A program made the position numbers and the translations under genes. DNA of 64,000 bases from the human T2T-CHM13v2.0 reference genome, Homo sapiens. Where the stretch lies: assembly GCF_009914755.1 (NCBI RefSeq), contig NC_060927.1. One strand, given 5' to 3'. Shown here piece by piece: positions 59,301 to 64,000 of the stretch (within the stretch, counting starts at the first letter, position 1; every line of letters starts with the position of its first letter). The notes below the pieces were generated by a model. It had not been told where the DNA came from. It saw only the letters and a list, made by a program, of their open reading frames with translations, and did not search any database.

Positions 59301-59744
59301 AGATCAACAGTTCTATATTTTACATGATATGTTATCTCATGTAGTACACCCTCAACCATCCCATGAGTTAGTTGCTCTAGGTAGTCCAAAAGACAGCAAT
59401 GAAGTATCCCTAAGAACTTAGAAATAATTCTACCCTCTGAATTGAACTCTTAAGCCAATCCATAATGGTTTAGAGCACAGGGGCCCAACATTGCTTTGCA
59501 AAGCATGGATTCTAGAAGGGGAGGCTGAATCTTAACCAGGCTGAAGGTATTAAATATCTGAGAAAGACTGTCAGTGGGACACAGCATGGGAGCTGGGAAA
59601 AGGCAAGTCTAAGAGGCCTCATTCTTGGCAGCTCATCCACACTTATCCAGAGGACAGCACACTGCCGGTTACCAGGTGCACAGTCTCTTGACAAGTATAG
59701 GGTAGCTTCATTCAGCTTATTTATTCATTCAAAAGATACTTCTT

Positions 59745-60892
59745 TTATTACTATTATTATTATTATACTTTAAGTTCTGGGATACATGTGCAGAATGTGC
59801 AGGTTTGTTACATAAGTATATACATGCCATGGTGGTTTGCTGCACCCATCAACCTGTCATCTACATTAGGTATTTCTCCTAATGCTGTCCCTTCCCTAGT
59901 CCCCCACACCACAACAGGCCCCAGTGTGTAATGTTCCCCTCCCTGTGTCCATGTGTTCTCATTGTTCAGCTCCCACTTATGAGTGAGGACATGCGGTGTT
60001 TGGTTTTCTGTTCCTGTGTTAGTTTGCTGAGAATGATGGTTTCCAGCTTCATCCATGTCCCTGCAAGGGACATGAATTCATCCTTTTCATGGCTGCATAG
60101 TATTCCATGGTGTATATGTGCCACATTTTCTTTATCCAGTCTATCATTGGTGGGCATTTGGGTTGGTTCCAAGTCTTTGCTATCGTGAATAATGCTGTAA
60201 TAAACATATGTATGCATGTGTCTTTATAGCAGAATGATTTACAATCCTTTGTAAATCCCAGTAATGGGATTGCTGGGTCAAATGGTATTTCTGGTTCTAG
60301 ATCCTTGAGGAATCGCCACCCTGTCTTCCACAGTGGTTGAACTAATTTACACTCCCATTAACAGTGTAAAAGCAGCTGTTGTTTCCTGACTTTTTAATGA
60401 TTGCCATTCTAACTGGCGTGAGATGGTTTCTCGTTGTGGTTTTGATTTTCATTTCTCTAATGACCAGTGATGATGAGCTTTTTTTCATGTATTTGTTGGC
60501 TGCATAAATGTCTTCTTTTGAGAAGTGTCTGTTCATATCCTTCACACACTATTTGATGGGGTTATTTCTTGTAAATTTGTTTAAGTTCTTTGTAGATTCT
60601 GGATATTAGCCCTTTGTCAGATGGATAGATCGCAAAAATTTTCTCCCATTCTGTAGGTTGCCTGTTCACCTGATGATGGTTTCTTTTGCTGTTCAGAAGC
60701 TCTTTAATTTAATTAGATCCCATTTGTCAATTTTGGCTTTTGTTGCCATTACTTTTGGTGTTTTAGTCATGAAGTCTTTGCCCATGCCTATGTCCTGAAT
60801 GGTACTGCCTAGGTTTTCTTCTAGGGTTTTTATGGTTTTAGGTCTTATGTTTAAGTCTTTAATCCATCTTGAGTTAACTTTTGTACAAGGTG
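59745..60892 (-). mobile_element. 5'-truncated LINE-1 (L1PA7/8-like), nested in an L2 3' end
   Basis: Reverse-complement L1 3'UTR and ORF2 C-terminus. Short TSD CTTCTT at 59739-59744 and 60893-60898. Removing it restores an L2-like attcattc...ttattgatcccctactatgtgtcaggc. Confidence 0.9.
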
Positions 60893-61359
60893 CTTCTTAT
60901 TGATCCCCTACTATGTGTCAGGCTCCATGCTAAAGGCACAAATTATATCAGTGAACAAACAAAGATCCCTGCCCTCATGGGGCACACAGTTTAGCAGGAT
61001 AGACAGCAATAAGACACAATCAGAAATTCAAATTATAACTGTTATCTACATTACTTTCTGATCAACACTGGGACATTCTGGACAGTCATGGCATTAGCAG
61101 AGAAATGCTCCTCAGTATTCATCCCTTCAGCCTCTTCTGGCATTAGCCCAACTTCACCTTGGCCCTTTGTCACTTGAACTACAGTTCAAATATTGAATAT
61201 CAATTGGTTCTGGAATCAATATAAACTTTGTGATCTGTCACTATAGTTCTGAATTCTATATCCATTAGTTAATTTTGCAAGTTAGGAATCTGAGGCTCAG
61301 AGTTAAAATGACTTGTTCCATATTGTACAGAAGCCATTAAATTGGATATTATAAAAAAT

Positions 61360-61975
61360 ATATGTATATATACTACCAAGGTATGGCAGGGTTACATGGA
61401 AACTAGAAGCCTCATATACTATTGCTGGAAATGAAATTAAAGTTTTTATGGAAAACAATTTGGCAATTTATTCTAAAAGCATTAATTTTAGAAAATATTC
61501 TATAGCTTATTAAATAGTTTCCTATAAATTTATACCAAGAAATTAATAAAATATGTACCAAAAGATGTGAATTTAGATCAAGATTCCTGTTATTTACAAG
61601 AATGAAAAATTCAAAGCAATCTTCTACATGTCAAATGAATGAATAACATAATACATATGATGACAGACTAACATGCAACTATTAAAACTGTATATAATAA
61701 TATATATTAGAAAAATAAATTGATAACACAAATTATAAAGTGATATATAAAATAAAGTATACTGGGCATGGAAAAGTAAATTATTAAGACAAGTTAATGA
61801 TTATATCTAATTTTATAAAATTGAGTATACTTAGGCATACATATAAACAGAAAAAGTTAGATGCATACAGCCTCATGTTATTGTTAATAGTGGTTATATA
61901 ATAGAATTCGATGACTCCTCCTTTTTGCTTTTCTGCATTTTTCCAGTTCTTTTTAAATAATAGCCATAATAAAAA
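61360..61975 (+). mobile_element. Old L1ME 3' fragment
   Basis: atggaaaacaatttggcaa...tctgcatttttccagttc. Confidence 0.5.
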
Positions 61976-62019
61976 CAAAGAACAATGTACATTAGTGAGT
62001 GCTATTATGGACACAATAG

Positions 62020-62212
62020 TTATTCATTGTGTTACTTAATCCTCACAATTCTATGAGCTATGTTCTATAATTATTCCTTTTACAAATGAGAAAAGTAAGA
62101 CTCAGAGAGGTTAACTAACTTACCTAAGATCACAGAATTAGCTTGTGACAAACCAGAGTTTGAATCCAGGCAGCTGGACACCAAAGCCTACATACTTAAC
62201 CACCAACTCTAT
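62020..62212 (-). mobile_element. MIR
   Basis: tttacaaatgagaaaagtaagactcagagaggttaactaacttacctaagatcacag. Confidence 0.72.
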
Positions 62213-62252
62213 AATGCTTTTGAAATCAGGAGAAACATGCATGTGTGTGAGT

Positions 62253-62278
62253 ACACACACACACACACACACACACAC
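62253..62278. repeat. (AC)13 microsatellite
   Basis: Direct reading. Confidence 0.96.
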
Positions 62279-63811
62279 CCCACATACAGTTTGCTTTTTC
62301 AAAAAAGAAAGAAGATTACTTATTTACTCCAAATCAACTCCTTGACTTAAAATAACCATAATTTCAGTCACTTCCTTGAGATAATACAAAAAATAAAAAT
62401 AAAAAGCCCAGTTCAGTTCAAGCTCGTATGGTAATTGTTATTATTACAAACATAGCAAAGGCCATTATCAATGCTAATTATAATAAGCCAACAATTACTA
62501 TGCACCTACAATGTGCCAGGCACTCTTATAAATGGTAGCTATTGTTATTGTTGGCACATTATTAATAAAAAACCAATTAGTTATAACTACATTAACTGGG
62601 AGGCTAAAAAATGAAGCCACCCATTACCAGTCACCGTATCCTCACAGAGTGGTATATTCTTTCTGTCATCACTTCATAGAAGGCACGATGACTCAGGACA
62701 GGATAGACGCAATTTGATGGACGAGAGATTCTGGTGAAGTCTAGTGCATACAATGCCCTGAAGATGGCAAACCTGAGTCAGATGTCCTCCTGTGGACACT
62801 CTGAGGTTAGTGACAGCCTGGGTTACAGGGGTGGACAGAAGCAGAAACTGTCTCATAAAAACTAAAATCATTAATAACATTGATTTCAACAAATATCCAA
62901 TTAGTAATATCCTTTGAAAAACAGAGTGCTGGTGCTATAGTGCATATAAAGACAGAAATCCATGACCTGCTCTCAAAGAGTAGGGACTCACAGGATGGCA
63001 GTCATAAATTTTACTCTAATAGAAGGCATTGCATAAAAGGGGATTTGGGAAAATGCTTAACATACTCATTTCATTTAGAGTTATGACGCACACACTGATT
63101 TTAAATTTCATGAGGTAGTTTCACACTATTAAAGCCCTACACTTAAAGCTATGTTATAAAAATGTTTCAATACAAAAAGTTCCAGAAGTTTTAATTGTTT
63201 GGATGATTTAAAAATATAGTACCTTAATCTCAGTATTCTTTAAAAAGGAATCCTCCTCCTCCTCCCTCTTCTTTTTTAAAAATAACCTTCACTAAATTAT
63301 GAATAGATCACCCGAAAAGGCAGTTTTTTGAATTGTTAGGGATAAGCAAAGGAAGTTGTCAGTTTGGAGATAAAGCTGTGTGGACCAGTCCCATTAACTG
63401 TCAGAAAAGCCACGTCCCTGACTGAAAAACCTTGTGAAATAGGCCACTGTGTACAGCTTGCTCTGCAGTGGGAAAACCCAGGATCTACATGTGCTGGAAG
63501 CAACATGAAAGTTATGATCTACATCTAAATTTCTGAATTTTATACCCAAATGTCCTTTGGGAAAATATCATGCCCTACTTATTTGTTCAGATTTTATGGA
63601 TAGTTTCAATTTCACATTTTCTTTTTTCTGAAGCATGTGTTCAAGGGCAATCCCTCTCAGAACTCATAAACTGTGCTAGGCTGGAGAGGACTGGGAAGTT
63701 CCCCTAGTGAAATTCATTCATTCATGTATTCATTAATTTACACATTGACTCATTCATTCAACAAATAATTAATAATATACATAATTCCTATTCTAAAAGA
63801 CTTTTTATTTT

Positions 63812-64000
63812 GAGATAGAGGTAGAGCAAGACGGTAGAACAGAAGGCTCCAGTGATTGTACACCCCACAAATATAACAATTTAACAACTATCTACACAAA
63901 AAAAAAGCAACTTAATAAGAACCAAATAGCAGGTGAGCACTCACAGTACCTGGTTTTGACTTCATATAGCTAAAAGAGGTACTGAGGAGGGTAGGAGACA
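63812..64000 (+). mobile_element. 5' end of an older L1 (L1M1/L1MA type), running off the window
   Basis: gagcaagacggtagaacagaaggctcc...caatttaacaactatctacac...caggtgagcactcacagtacctggttt matches the recalled L1M1 5' consensus. Confidence 0.75.

Overview
Eukaryotic (primate, most likely human or great ape) intronic DNA, not microbial. The window lies inside SLC9A9 (NHE9, endosomal Na+(K+)/H+ exchanger), transcribed on the minus strand. It holds two canonical coding exons, 57870-57755 (116 nt) and 16918-16813 (106 nt), separated by a 40,836-nt GT-AG intron. Together they encode the ATDP crossover and FGESVLND ion-binding motif. The rest is mostly transposon-derived: a full-length but dead L1PA5-like LINE-1 (26894-33069, 14-bp TSD) antisense to the gene, a truncated L1PA7/8, ten Alu/FLAM copies, MaLR/ERV solo LTRs, hAT MITEs, L2/MIR and old L1M fragments. 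Nearly all ORF-track entries are repeat-derived or chance ORFs. I see no convincing new multi-gene system. Best leads: (i) an L1 antisense promoter/ORF0 pointing at the 106-nt exon with a phase-compatible but weak donor; (ii) a candidate cryptic terminal exon behind a (UG)14 tract; (iii) a local templated duplication of part of an AluJ plus its unique flank; (iv) a twin-primed-like inverted L1 with a very large gap; (v) a template-switch palindrome in an AluY; (vi) a YY1+CTCF motif pair in a CpG-retaining MER1B/MLT1 block. Repeat subfamily names come from recalled consensus sequences, not a database run.
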